Source: Oopsacas minuta
Taxonomy: Eukaryota > Animalia > Porifera
DNA: 64,000 nt
Assembly: GCA_024704765.1 (NCBI GenBank)
Contig: JAKMXF010000144.1
Span: forward strand, 248,001 to 312,000
Reading direction: 5' to 3'
Positions 12,353-23,800 of the stretch are shown here, one piece after another. The translations under genes and the position numbers were made by a program. Each line of letters begins with the position of its first letter. Position 1 is the first letter of the stretch. The notes under the pieces are model-generated. The model saw only the letters and a program-made list of their open reading frames with translations, made no database searches and had not been told where the DNA came from.

Positions 12353-12703
12353 CGAGCTAGTGTGGTAAGTTGTTGTGTTGTTTGTTTACTTGTTTACTGT
12401 GAAGTTATTTGTTTGTAATCGGCAAAGAGCTTCCGAGTAGTTAGCGGACATGAATTACTCTCTAACGCATTCCTCTTGCTCAGTACTTCATGTGAATATT
12501 TGATTTGATTTTATTCATTTGTTTTTGTTTGTTTGTTTGTTTGTTTGTTGGTTTGTTTGTTTCAAATATTACTGCAATTTTCGGTAATATGGGCATCTTC
12601 GGCGGATCCAGAAGGGCTCCTTTTAACCATCCACGATCCGAACCTAGATTGTTTTGCCACAAACCCATTTATAATTTCAAAAACTTGTCATTAGCTATTG
12701 TCT

Positions 12704-15220
12704 ATGTCAGTCGGTTACACTTACGAAGAGAGTTTAACTCACGGAGTATTCAAAGGTCAGCTGTCCGATTTCAGTGTGAAGCTAGCTACCACCCGAAGAG
12801 ATAGCGATCCTGACTTCAACAAAAAGCCGCGATATTTCAGTGGGAAGAAATGGAGAAGAGTTCTTCATTTCCCTAAACTATTCCTCAATATCATGAGGTA
12901 CAGAATAGGCTATGACTGGGTTATTTTAATCATCTTAGGTGTCCTCATGGCTCTGCTTAGTGCTACTGTGGATTACATAATAGACTCCTTGCACACAGCT
13001 AGACTCAGAGTATATGACTATGCTAATTCGGTGCATGTTGTCTTATCTGTAAGTATTTGTATTTGTGTTTTGTAAATACCGTATTTATATTGTTTCTTAT
13101 AGTTTTTCGTGTGGGTAACCAGCTCATTGGTATTGTTATTATTCGCTGTTGGATTCACCAAACTAATTTCTACAAACGCGATAGGCTCTGGAATCCCAGA
13201 AATGAAGTCTATCCTTAGAGGTGTCAGGTTAATCGACTACCTGTCTCTACCAACATTCGTGGCTAAGATTGGAGGCCTGTTAGCAACCTCTGGGTCAGGA
13301 CTACCTATAGGAAAGGAAGGACCATTCGTCCATCTGTCTAGCATCATAGCTCACTGGCTGAGTTATTTCCTGACCAGTTTCCGATCAATCTACTCAAATG
13401 AAGTATTTTCTAACGAACTCCTTGCTGCTGCATGCGCCGTGGGAGTAGCGTGTAACTTTGCTGCTCCCATAGGAGGAGTTCTATTCAGTATTGAAGTTAC
13501 AGGTTAGTTACATACACGATCATTTGGAATGTAGGGTGTTCTTATAACCGGCATCTACTGTATTTCTAAAGCTACCTATTTTGCTGTCCGTCAATACTGG
13601 AGAGGATTCTTCGGTGCTGTCTGTGGTTCATTTGTATTCTCACTAATCGGAATATTAATAAATTCACAAGCTACTATTACAGCCCTATTCTTTACTCACT
13701 TCAGACCTGACTATGCCTTCGACACAGTAGAACTGATTGTATTCTCTTTACTGGGACTAGCTGCTGGATTTTTGGGTGCTTTCTTCGTTTGGCTACACAA
13801 GTCTATCATAAAGTTACTACGTAAATACAAGAAATGGCTCAAATGGTTACAGATACACGTGTATTTGTATCCAGCTATTGTAATGGTATTGTTTGCTATT
13901 ATTACTTTCCCTCCTGGACTAGGAATGTGAGTTACAGTAGAGGGTCCTCTCAAAATTCATGAGGTGTCCGCTAGTACCCCTGTGTCAGATACTTAATTCC
14001 TTTATTGTTACTGTAGGTTCTGTGGAGGTCGTCTGCCAATGCGTACAGCCTTGGATCAGCTGTTCTCAAACTACAGCTGGGTAGCTGCTAAATCAGAGAG
14101 AGATAGGACAGATGAGCTGGAAGAGATCCTAGACGTCTGGCAGAATCCTAATGTATTCGTTACTCTAGTCCTGTTTCTTATTACTCGTGTTATCTTCGCA
14201 GCTATCAGCATTGGTCTACCGGTTCCCGCGGGAGTTTTCCTCCCGGTTTTCGTAATAGGCGCGGCATTCGGTCGTCTGGTGGGTGAATTAATGGTAGTCG
14301 CGTTTCCTGCTGGGTTTAACAATAACACAATAGTCCCTGGGGCATACGCAGTGATCGGAGCTGCAGCCGTAACTGGAGCAGTCACACACACAATTTCTAC
14401 TTCAGTGATAGTATTCGAGCTAACCGGACAGATAACTCATGTCTTACCGGTATTAATAGCAGTCCTGTTAGCTAATGCAGTTGCTCAGCGATTACAACCT
14501 TCTTTCTACGATAGTATAATCCTACTTAAGAAACTCCCCTATCTTCCTGAATTACCTCTCGATCTCCCTGACACTACAATAGTAAAGCAATTCATGCGTA
14601 CTAATGTTCCTTCTATTTCTACTCGTAGTACGTATAGAGAGCTGAAATATCTTATCTCTTCTAGTAATCTGCCCTCATATCCGGTGATAGATAACTCGAA
14701 TTCTAGATTCCTAATCGGATCGGTAAAACGGTCACTGTTAGAAGACATATACGCGAGACATATTGTAGAGTTCAAGGATATTTACGCCCCTATGATTAAC
14801 AATGAATCCTCATCGGAGGAGATCGGTATGAGCCCTCTAAATGAACCTGATGACGTAATGGATGCTCAACAACTCGAACAGAGTTTAGAGGCAAAAGATA
14901 GTATGATAATTAAGCTAGATGAGACTATGATTGATGCAGCCCCGTTTCAGCTTGTAGAGAAAACATCTTTGATAAAAGTACATACTCTATTCGCTCTGCT
15001 CTCCCTGAACCACTCCTATGTAACTCAGGGGGGACGACTGGTTGGTATTGTCACCCTCAAAGAGATCCGGGCAGCAATTGAAGAGGACACCAGCAAAAGA
15101 TTGGGAACTCGCCGAGCCAATTCCTCAGATCGACTCAAGAATATTGTGGCTGTGTTTAACAAGAAGGGACACACTCTTGGAGATGAGAATATTATTATCG
15201 AAGAGAATAGTGAAGATTAA
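12704..15220 (+). CDS. CLCN2: Voltage-gated chloride channel, ClC-1/ClC-2 branch, with two CBS domains (exons 12704-13048, 13103-13502, 13572-13926, 14017-15220)
   Basis: [16 protein letters not shown] (gating Glu), LFSIEVT (Val at the inner-Glu site, channel type), [11 protein letters not shown] and PSFYDSII. Confidence 0.88.
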
Positions 15221-15547
15221 GCATTTTCTGATAATCTGTTGAATGAGACTTTGGTTTCACAAAATAGACAAATTTTATGTATATTTGCAAAATACAATTT
15301 ACCCATCAAATCTAGTATAAACAATTGTGTACACTAGCCGAAGTAATATTCACAGAGACACATTTTGGCATCACTGTGCCACTTATATCTGCCACCATTA
15401 ACTGCCATAGAATATGGTCAAAATCGCTTCGTTATAACTTCATAGGATAATATTACAAACTCTGCAATATTATTGGCTAACTAGCATATAGGATTTCTAT
15501 AAATAGGAGTGAAATGCTCTAATATAAAATAATTGCTTTCTAGTATA

Positions 15548-18013
15548 ATGACGTCATCACCTACAGCTGATCCGCTACAGGTAATAAAATTCTCAAAATC
15601 TGGTCCTCATGAATTGGTCACTTGGAGAGTGAGAGAGGGGGACCAATTGAAAATAGGGACAGTCCTCTTTGAGTACAAGCCAGCTGACAAAACTAAGACA
15701 TCAAAATTCCATTCCTCCAATGTTGGTGTCATGCATAAAGTTGTAATTCCAGAAGGAGGTCAGTTAACTAGCAGCTCCGTCATTTGTGAGATTGAGAAGA
15801 ATTGCGACCATCCTGAAGTGGTCTGTGGGATGTGTAGTCATTGCGGGGAGGCCGCGTCAGCTGATACGGGGATACCCATAGTTCTGGGGGTACCACAGAT
15901 AAGAGTTTCCAAACAACTAGCAGGGGATTTGGCTAATGAAGACAAACTTCGACTTTTGCGTCAGAAAAAACTCGCACTCATAGTAGACCTCGATCAGACC
16001 CTAGTCCACACATCTACAGACATGAATATAAAAGCAGGTCTCCCGGATGTATACGGGTTCCGGTTGAAGAACTACCCTCACTGCTATCACGCTAGACTGA
16101 GACCCCATGTGCATGAGCTACTGAACAAACTCTCCTCTCTCTATGAGCTATACATATTCACAATGGGTACACATTGCTACGCTCACACCCTCTCAAAGAT
16201 ACTCGATCCACAAAGGTCCGCTCAAGTAAGAAATTACTTATTTATATTATAAGTATTTGCTTTAAGGAATTCATTGGTTTTAAACTCTTACGTTTGAGAT
16301 TATTTATTTTTGTCTATTTTTAGGAAACTATTCTCCCAGAGGATAATTTCCAGAGACGAGTGCTTCGACTCCAGATCGAAGCTACCTACGATCAGATCCG
16401 TGTTCCCCTGTGGAGATGAGATGGTAGCTATTATTGATGATAGAGAGGATATGTGGGCTCGTTGTCCCAATTTGGTCCATGTTAAGCCGTACATATTCTT
16501 TGGGTCGACTGGTGACATTCACGCGCCAGAAAGAATGTCTCATCATGTACAGGAGGCACATGCCCCCTCCTTACCGACCCATTTAACACCTCCGGTAATA
16601 ATCTCACCCCCTGTCCACTCGACACATGATCCTGTAGATTCTAAGACGGACCAAGACCCTCCGACAGAATCAGATAGTGGTGAGGTTGCTACTGATAATA
16701 ATTTTGATAATATTACCTTCAATCCAGATCCTGTGACCCCTGCACCGGAACCTGATGAATATATAGTTCCAGTTCCAGTTGTACAACAAGAGGCAGATGA
16801 TTCTGTAACCGATGATAAGACAGCGCCAATAAATGAATACGAACAGCTGATCCCCCCGCTGAGTAGTTCCAGTGATTCCTCAGACAGTTCTGAAGCTACT
16901 AATTCCAGTGACAGTTCCTCCTCTCCTCCTGCTGAGTCCAAGAATGAGACAGAATTGACTCCTGATACACAAATCTCGCCCCCTCCTCCTCCTGCACCCC
17001 CAAAGGAGACAGACGAGACACAAAAGGAGAAAGCTGACACTGAAATAAATGATACTGACAAGTTCCTGTTATACTTAATCACAACGCTAACTAAGATCCA
17101 TTCAATGTTCTATGCAAAGTACTCTAAGATACAAGCGCACCATGGATATTCTCCTACCAGGGAACAGCAGCTAGATACCCCAGACCTCAAGGAGATCATT
17201 CCTAGATTACGTCACTCTGTCCTAAAGGGAGCTTGTCTCCTCTTCACGGGGGTGATACCCACAAACAGGAACCCACAAGAGGACCCGATTTGGAACACAG
17301 CTCGGGCCTTTGGAGCTACTATCCATAGCCATATCTACACTCCCCAAGAGTCTACGGGGAAATTATCCCCTACCACTCACGTAATCGCCACTAAACCTGG
17401 AACTAACAAGTATAGGGAAGCTGTACGTATACCAGGAATACATATTGTCACCCCTGATTGGTTGTGGGCCTGTGCAGAGACCTGGCAATGGATTGATGAG
17501 AAGGATTATCCCGTGAAGGTCAGGAGACCCTCGAAAGACAAGTTAGGTCAGTTACATAAGAAGCAGCGTTTTAGTGCGGACGGGGAGAGAGAAATTGATT
17601 CTTCCCCTTTTCCAGAAATTGAAGATTCGGAGAACGCTCCTTTCACGAGTCAGATGGACACAATTGACCCACCTGTAACACCTCTTGATATCAATCTTAC
17701 TAATCTACCAGAAGGGAGTGAGCGTGTGTCTACACCAGATCGGATTTCATTCTCTCTGGAAGACATTAATGCAATGAATGAGGAGGTTAACCTAGCTATA
17801 TACGACTGTACCTCTAGCAGTAGTGATAACGAGCTACAGGATTATCCAGAGGGGACTGCACACAGTAGGAAGAGGAAACGTCCTGTAGCCAGTGAGCCGA
17901 CCTCTGACAACACGACAGAGACAGGAAGCTCCACAGACCACGAGGAGACAGGTGGGAAGTTTGACGATATGGCCGCCATGCTGGAACGAGAGTTTGAGGC
18001 AGATCTAGTATAA
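15548..18013 (+). CDS. CTDP1: RNA Pol II CTD phosphatase FCP1 (exons 15548-16215, 16324-18013)
   Basis: DLDQTLVHT (DxDxT), FCPH domain, BRCT domain (THVIA..TNKY..IVTPDWLW), and C-terminal DDMAAMLEREF resembling the TFIIF-binding helix. Confidence 0.93.
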
Positions 18014-18400
18014 GTAGAGAGATTGTTTTGATCGTCGAGTAAATGTTACATTGTATAACTCGAACTATTCATTAAGTTTGATTATTAAGTTTGTTATTTT
18101 ATTTACTGAATGTTCCGTAGGGTACTACAGACAAGATTCATAGTTCAGTTAAGTTTAAACTCTGGTTTGTGTAGGTGTTAAGAATGGTCACAACCACCAC
18201 ATGACATGTACACGAAATTGAACTAATTTACATACTAATAAACCCTCAAATCTTATAGGTCAAGACATTTGACACCTTTTCTCAGGAAGGTGTCAATATT
18301 TTGTTTAATACCTGTCTTAACTTTATTTAAGAACAGCTGATTATACATTATACCATATTTTCACACTATATCGTATCAGTAGTACATCACACATAATAGG

Positions 18401-19540
18401 ATGGCTAGCAATAACAGTACAGCTCCCACAGAAGACAAGAAGAAGCTCGTATACTCTATAATGCAGATGTTACAAAGAGACATGGATAAGTGTCAAGGAG
18501 AGGGAGACAGTGAGAAGGGGGAAACTCTTGAAGTTGTTATGCAATGTCTCTCAGAAGTGTATGAAGTAGAACTTGAATCTGACGCCAACAAATACAAAAT
18601 TTTCACACCTTTAGAGACACTCTTTGAGCAGGCTAAGGGGCCAATTGGGTCTTCCCCCAATAATCCATTGCCTGTCCCGGGGGGAGGAGCTACCCCGGAG
18701 GATATAAAAGCTGGAGAGGAATTCAAACGCCAAGGTAATGAGTACATGAAAACGAAAGAATACGAACAAGCTATAACAGCCTATTCAAAAGCGATAGAAT
18801 ATAACGATGAGAAATCAGAGTATTATTGTAATAGAGCTGCAGCATTCAGTAAGACAGGAAAACATGATAGAGCTATTGAGGACTGTACCATCGCTCTGGG
18901 ACTGAAGGAGGATTATGCCAGAGCTCATGGACGATTGGGGTTTGCTTATTATCAGCTGGGAAAACACCTCGAAGCCAAAAAAGCGTATTCAAGGGCGATA
19001 GAACTGGAACCGGATAACGCAGGGTATAAACATAATTTGGACTCCTTAGAGAGGACTCTGAGAGAGAAGGAACAGGTCACTTCTTCTGCACACTCTGCTA
19101 CCCCACAGGCGCCCCTACCAACCAGTCAACCCACCAGCAATGCGGGAGGGTTTGGAACATTCGGGGGAATGGCACAACCGCCTCAACACCAAGCACCTGC
19201 ATTTCCAGGTTTTGGCGGGCAAATGCCGAATTTCGGTGGTATGGGTGCTGGTGGAATGCCTAATTTAGGCGGGATGGATATGAACAGTCTCATGAGTAAC
19301 CCCGCATTCATGAACATGGCTTCACAAATGATGTCAGATCCAAATATGATGAATATGGCGAATCAGTTCGCGTCTCAAATGGCACAAACAGGTGTCAATC
19401 CTATGGCAGGCCTCATGGGGAACCCTGGGATGTTCCCTCAGCCTCCTAACCCGCAACAACCGCCACCAAATAGTGACAATAAAGAGGAAAAGAAAGACGA
19501 GAAAAAGGATAAGAAGGACAAGGATGGAGAACAGAAATAA
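18401..19540 (+). CDS. SGTA: Co-chaperone SGTA/SGT2, intronless
   Basis: N-terminal dimerisation domain (TLEVVMQCLSEVY), three TPRs (YYCNRAAA..ARAHGRLG) and an M/N/Q-rich STI1-like tail. Confidence 0.92.
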   Translation: MASNNSTAPTEDKKKLVYSIMQMLQRDMDKCQGEGDSEKGETLEVVMQCLSEVYEVELESDANKYKIFTPLETLFEQAKGPIGSSPNNPLPVPGGGATPEDIKAGEEFKRQGNEYMKTKEYEQAITAYSKAIEYNDEKSEYYCNRAAAFSKTGKHDRAIEDCTIALGLKEDYARAHGRLGFAYYQLGKHLEAKKAYSRAIELEPDNAGYKHNLDSLERTLREKEQVTSSAHSATPQAPLPTSQPTSNAGGFGTFGGMAQPPQHQAPAFPGFGGQMPNFGGMGAGGMPNLGGMDMNSLMSNPAFMNMASQMMSDPNMMNMANQFASQMAQTGVNPMAGLMGNPGMFPQPPNPQQPPPNSDNKEEKKDEKKDKKDKDGEQK

Positions 19541-20077
19541 CAGCTGATTCAGGGGGTGTAAACAGCTGATCATATAGTCTAGCTAGAGATAATATAACCT
19601 ATGTGAACTTATAATAATATTAGTCATTATCCTCATCTATACAGCTTCATTGTTATTGTTTAGATTGTACATTTTAGTATGCCTCCTTGTTACTAATTTT
19701 CTAGGAGAAATTGGGTAATGTTATGTATCTGATTTATGTGGATAAATCAGCTGGGCTGACACACGAACTGTAGCGTTTCAGGGGTGTCAGACATAGGGCC
19801 AGGTATTTCAAACCCAGGGCTAACTCCCTCTTCACCCTCCGCTTAAGGGACAAATCTGGACCAGGCCATTTTGACCCGATTAACCAGTGCGGGGTCTACT
19901 GTGCGTAAGTTCTTTATCATATGCGAGGTAGTTAAGTGACCATACGACACATGAGTATAAAATGTGGGACTATAGGGCAAAGTTCGTAAAGTGCAGGCTT
20001 GGGAACTTGGATACAAATAGGCCTTGAGGACTTGGGCTTGATCCCATGACCTACTAATTAAGTTAGAGATAATATAC

Positions 20078-20605
20078 ATGCGTAAACGTAAAGCTGACTC
20101 TAGTAGCTCTACACAAACTAGTCAGTGTAAAACTCATCTGGGGTTTAAAGAAATGGCGTCTGAAGAGGATTGGAATTTAATATATGCTAAGACTCAGCAG
20201 ATGTTAATCTCTAATGCTCAGGGACTATACAAGGGGGAGGGAGTACAGCTTAATAATGTGTTAGAACAGAATATGTCACCTATAAGTGTTGTGGAGGAGG
20301 ACAAGGGGTACAAACAGTCCTCTCTATTGGATCATTTTAAATTAGATGAGCCATGTACTCATAAACACAAACAGGACCTGATTCCCCCTCCTAACATAGA
20401 GAAACATACTTGTACATATTGTCTCAAGTCCTCATTCTCCCCTCTCTCTATCTGCGGATTTTGTGAGAGGAAGTTTTGTCCTCAGTGTTTGGGAAGATGT
20501 AGCAGATGTGTTAAGCTGTTCTGTTCTGTGTGTTCCCAGATGGATTACTCAGATAATGTAGATGAAAGGTTGATGTGTTTTACTTGTATATCTGAGAATA
20601 TATAG
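20078..20605 (+). CDS. SIVA1: Apoptosis regulator SIVA
   Basis: N-terminal IYAKTQQMLISNAQ helix and C-terminal Cys array (CTYC..CGFCERKFCPQC..CSRC..FCSVC..CFTC). Confidence 0.8.
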   Translation: MRKRKADSSSSTQTSQCKTHLGFKEMASEEDWNLIYAKTQQMLISNAQGLYKGEGVQLNNVLEQNMSPISVVEEDKGYKQSSLLDHFKLDEPCTHKHKQDLIPPPNIEKHTCTYCLKSSFSPLSICGFCERKFCPQCLGRCSRCVKLFCSVCSQMDYSDNVDERLMCFTCISENI

Positions 20606-20612
20606 CTGCCTA

Positions 20613-20646
<34 letters not shown>
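20613..20646 (+). repeat. (ATT)n microsatellite; second tract at ~21636-21663
   Basis: Read directly. Confidence 0.9.
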
Positions 20647-20862
20647 TACTTATATTCACTTATTAAACGGAGATTATTTTAATAATTAATCACAGAGAGG
20701 TAAGGGGAAGTTTTGAGATTTTAACCGGGGACAGTCGGCTATTGATCAAGGGGGAATTGACCCTGCATGAACAGATTCCATAACAACAAGAATGACATCT
20801 TGCTATGCACCTGTCTTACTCTAATTGAATTATCTCATAGAGAGATATAATAACTTAGTGTT

Positions 20863-23800
20863 ATGCTCAGTACTGTACGTGTGTGTGTACAGTTACCCCT
20901 GAGACAGGGGGTCAAGAATTTCAGTAGAAGAGCTGAGGAGTTTAATCTAGCTAGTAAAGCTAGAATTATAGAAGATACAACTATTATTAAGACACCCGGC
21001 AGACATTTCGAGAGAGCTGGTACGTGGCAATTGTTCATAGATCTTTGTACAGTATATAAAGTGTCTTTGTATAGAGAAATATGGTAAAGTATTCCTGGCA
21101 GGAGCGAGTGGAGCTGGTCTACTAGCCCTGTGTTATTATGGTTCCGGAATGTCTGGTCAGGAATCCGCAGCTGATAGAGCTATGTGAGTTATGAATTGAA
21201 TTAATAAAAATCATATTAACGCTTAATTCTCCAGTTTATGGCCTCCGTATGTGAAGGAGAGGATCAATGCTACATATGGTTACTTAGCTGGTAGTTTGGC
21301 ATTCACTGGAGCATCTGCTGTCTTATTCTCCCGTTCAGCTAGAGGTATGGCATTCTTATCCGCCAGACCTTATATGGTAAGTTAATTACGTAATTAATAA
21401 TTAGTTCCTATTTATACTATTTCAGTCTTTAGGCCTTTTTCTAATCGGAACAATAGGGTCTAGCATGGTATGTAGATCACTCCCATATTCTCCTGAATTC
21501 TTGTTACCCAAGCTGGGGGCGTTTAGCACCATGTGTGGAGTAGCTGGTATCTCTCTAGCACCCTTAACATTCCTAGGAGGTCCTCTTATTGTCAAGTAAG
21601 TTAGTTTGTTACTAATTATAGCAACTCTAGTTTGATATTATTATTATTATTATTATTATTATTGTTATTTAGAGCTGCTTTGTACACAGCTGGTGTCGTA
21701 GGCGCTCTCTCTCTAACAGCTGCTACTGCACCTAGTGACAAATTCCTTAACATGTCAGGGCCCCTGTCTATCGGTCTAGGAGTAGTATGTGTATCCGCTT
21801 TAGGTAATTCATTGGACATTTATCTCAAACAGTCAACTCCAGTTATATCGAAGCTCATGGGACCGTGATAATTACTCGATATAACTGATGGGATATGTAT
21901 GCTACTTTGACGGTTTGGGACCATATTTGTATAATTTCAAACTTCTATATAAACGGGTATTTCCATATATCCGTGTTTGATATTACAGGAGTTGACTGTA
22001 ATTTCATTTTCCGTTAGGTGGTTTATTCCTACCAGCAACAGGCCTAGTAGGAAGTGCTCTATACACAGTCAGCATGTACGGAGGTCTAGTGCTATTCTCC
22101 GGGTTCATGCTATATGATACTCAGAGGGTAATACAGTATGCAGAGCTTAGCCCCAGCTATGACCCAGTCAATGCGTGAGTCCTGATTATATATTAATACA
22201 TCTAATCTACTGTACAGTAAGGTATAATAAGCTATAGCGCTGTAGGATCATCTTGTTTAACAGGATTATCTGTTGTTGATGATGATAGACTATTTGCTAC
22301 TGTATCAGAATTGCTAGCTGTTGTATCCGGTGTCTTTGTGGGACCCATTTCGCTAGCTGTTATATCCGGTATCTTTGTGGGACCCGTTTCGCTAGCTGTT
22401 GTATCCGGTATCTTTGTGGGACCCGTTTCGCTAGCTGTTGTATCCGGTATCTTTGTGGGACCCGTTTCGCTAGCTGTTGTATCCGGTATCTTTGTGGGAC
22501 CCGTTTCGCTAGTTGTTGTATCCGGTATCTTTGTGGGACCCGTTTCGCTTGCTGTTTTATCAGTTCTGTTAGTTACTGTATCTGGTGAATTAGTTGTATC
22601 TGTTTGGCTAGTTTCTGTCCCCTTTTTGCCAGTTACTGTACCCATTTTAACATCCCCTGTATCTGTCTTTTGTTCTCCATCTTTATTAGCACTCATCAAC
22701 TCGCTCGCTACCTTCAATCTCAGAAAGATATCTTCTAACCTCTGAGCTTCCTTCCTCAATCTATCCCTCTCCTCATAAACTTCTTTAACTTTAACTTCAT
22801 AATGCTGTATCTCATCCTCAAGTACAGGGTCTCTTAAATACATCCTCTGCCAACAGATAAAGTTAATTGGATAGATACACGGCCAGAGGCAAGCGAAGTT
22901 CTCCTCAAACATTGGATTCTCAAAGCTGTCCCGTATAGAATGTATATAAGCCCAAAGGGAGAATGTTCTGTCATTCAGTTTGTGCGTACTTCTCTCCTTC
23001 ATGGAGTTACCTAGGAATGTCCCGTATTCAGATGCGTGTGTGTGTTCGTGTATCAAGAGGAGAAGTGTATCTTTGTACTCAAATGATCTCGGAAACTGTC
23101 TCATCAGTTGCCAAACACAATCTAGGAAAAGAAGGAATGTAGGAGCCCTTCCCCTCTCCTTTTCACTCTCTAACAGCCCCATTGTCCTGGCGCGGAACGG
23201 GTAGCCCCCTAGTATCCACTCCCTGATTATCAGCTCCAAGAACCCCTCCAGTCTCCTCGTATAGGGGTCTAATATCAACTGAGTTAGAGAGCTCAGTAGT
23301 AAGGTATTGTCTGTACCAGTAGTACCGTGTATTAATACGCTACTAGAGTCTGTTTGTAAGAATCCGGCTATCTTCAAAGCTGTCTGCATAGCAGTCATGA
23401 CGTAATGATACCATTTTGTGCTACTGAGTGCTGTTATCCAGTGAGCACCTCTATTCGGGGTTCCTTGCTCCAGACAGATCTTGAATAGTTTCTCATAGTT
23501 CTCCATCATTGCCTCAGGTCTCTCCAGCTCGCAGTACTCCAGTAGCCAATGGGGGTACATACCTGGCTGCTCTGTTCCACCACCTTTTGATACCCACTGA
23601 GTCGCGTTAGATTTCGTGCGTGTGTCTATTATTCTACCACGTTGCTTAGTTACCAGACAGGCGTTCAGCAATTTCTTATCTGAATCGCATTTCTTTTGCA
23701 TATTCCCGACCAGAGGTTGTCCCGCTCTAAGGAGAGATGCTCCAGTTTTCTTGTTGTAGTAGGCTACGACGGGGAAGCGATATCCATGACGGTACTTAGC

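Noticed and set aside
16543-17082. Long antisense ORFs here and at 28610-29269, 33399-33926 and 52839-53441
   Set aside because: They are shadows of well-supported genes on the opposite strand, with no domain signal.
22311-22745. 144-aa hydrophobic repeat ORF (LAVVSGIFVGPVS)n on the plus strand, and the idea that the 39-nt array is a CRISPR
   Set aside because: It is the antisense of the MTMR9 coding repeat. The units are contiguous with no unique spacers, and the context is eukaryotic.
22900-23400. Missing catalytic Cys in the myotubularin as a novel loss
   Set aside because: HG-x-x-GTD is the normal inactive site of MTMR9 orthologs.
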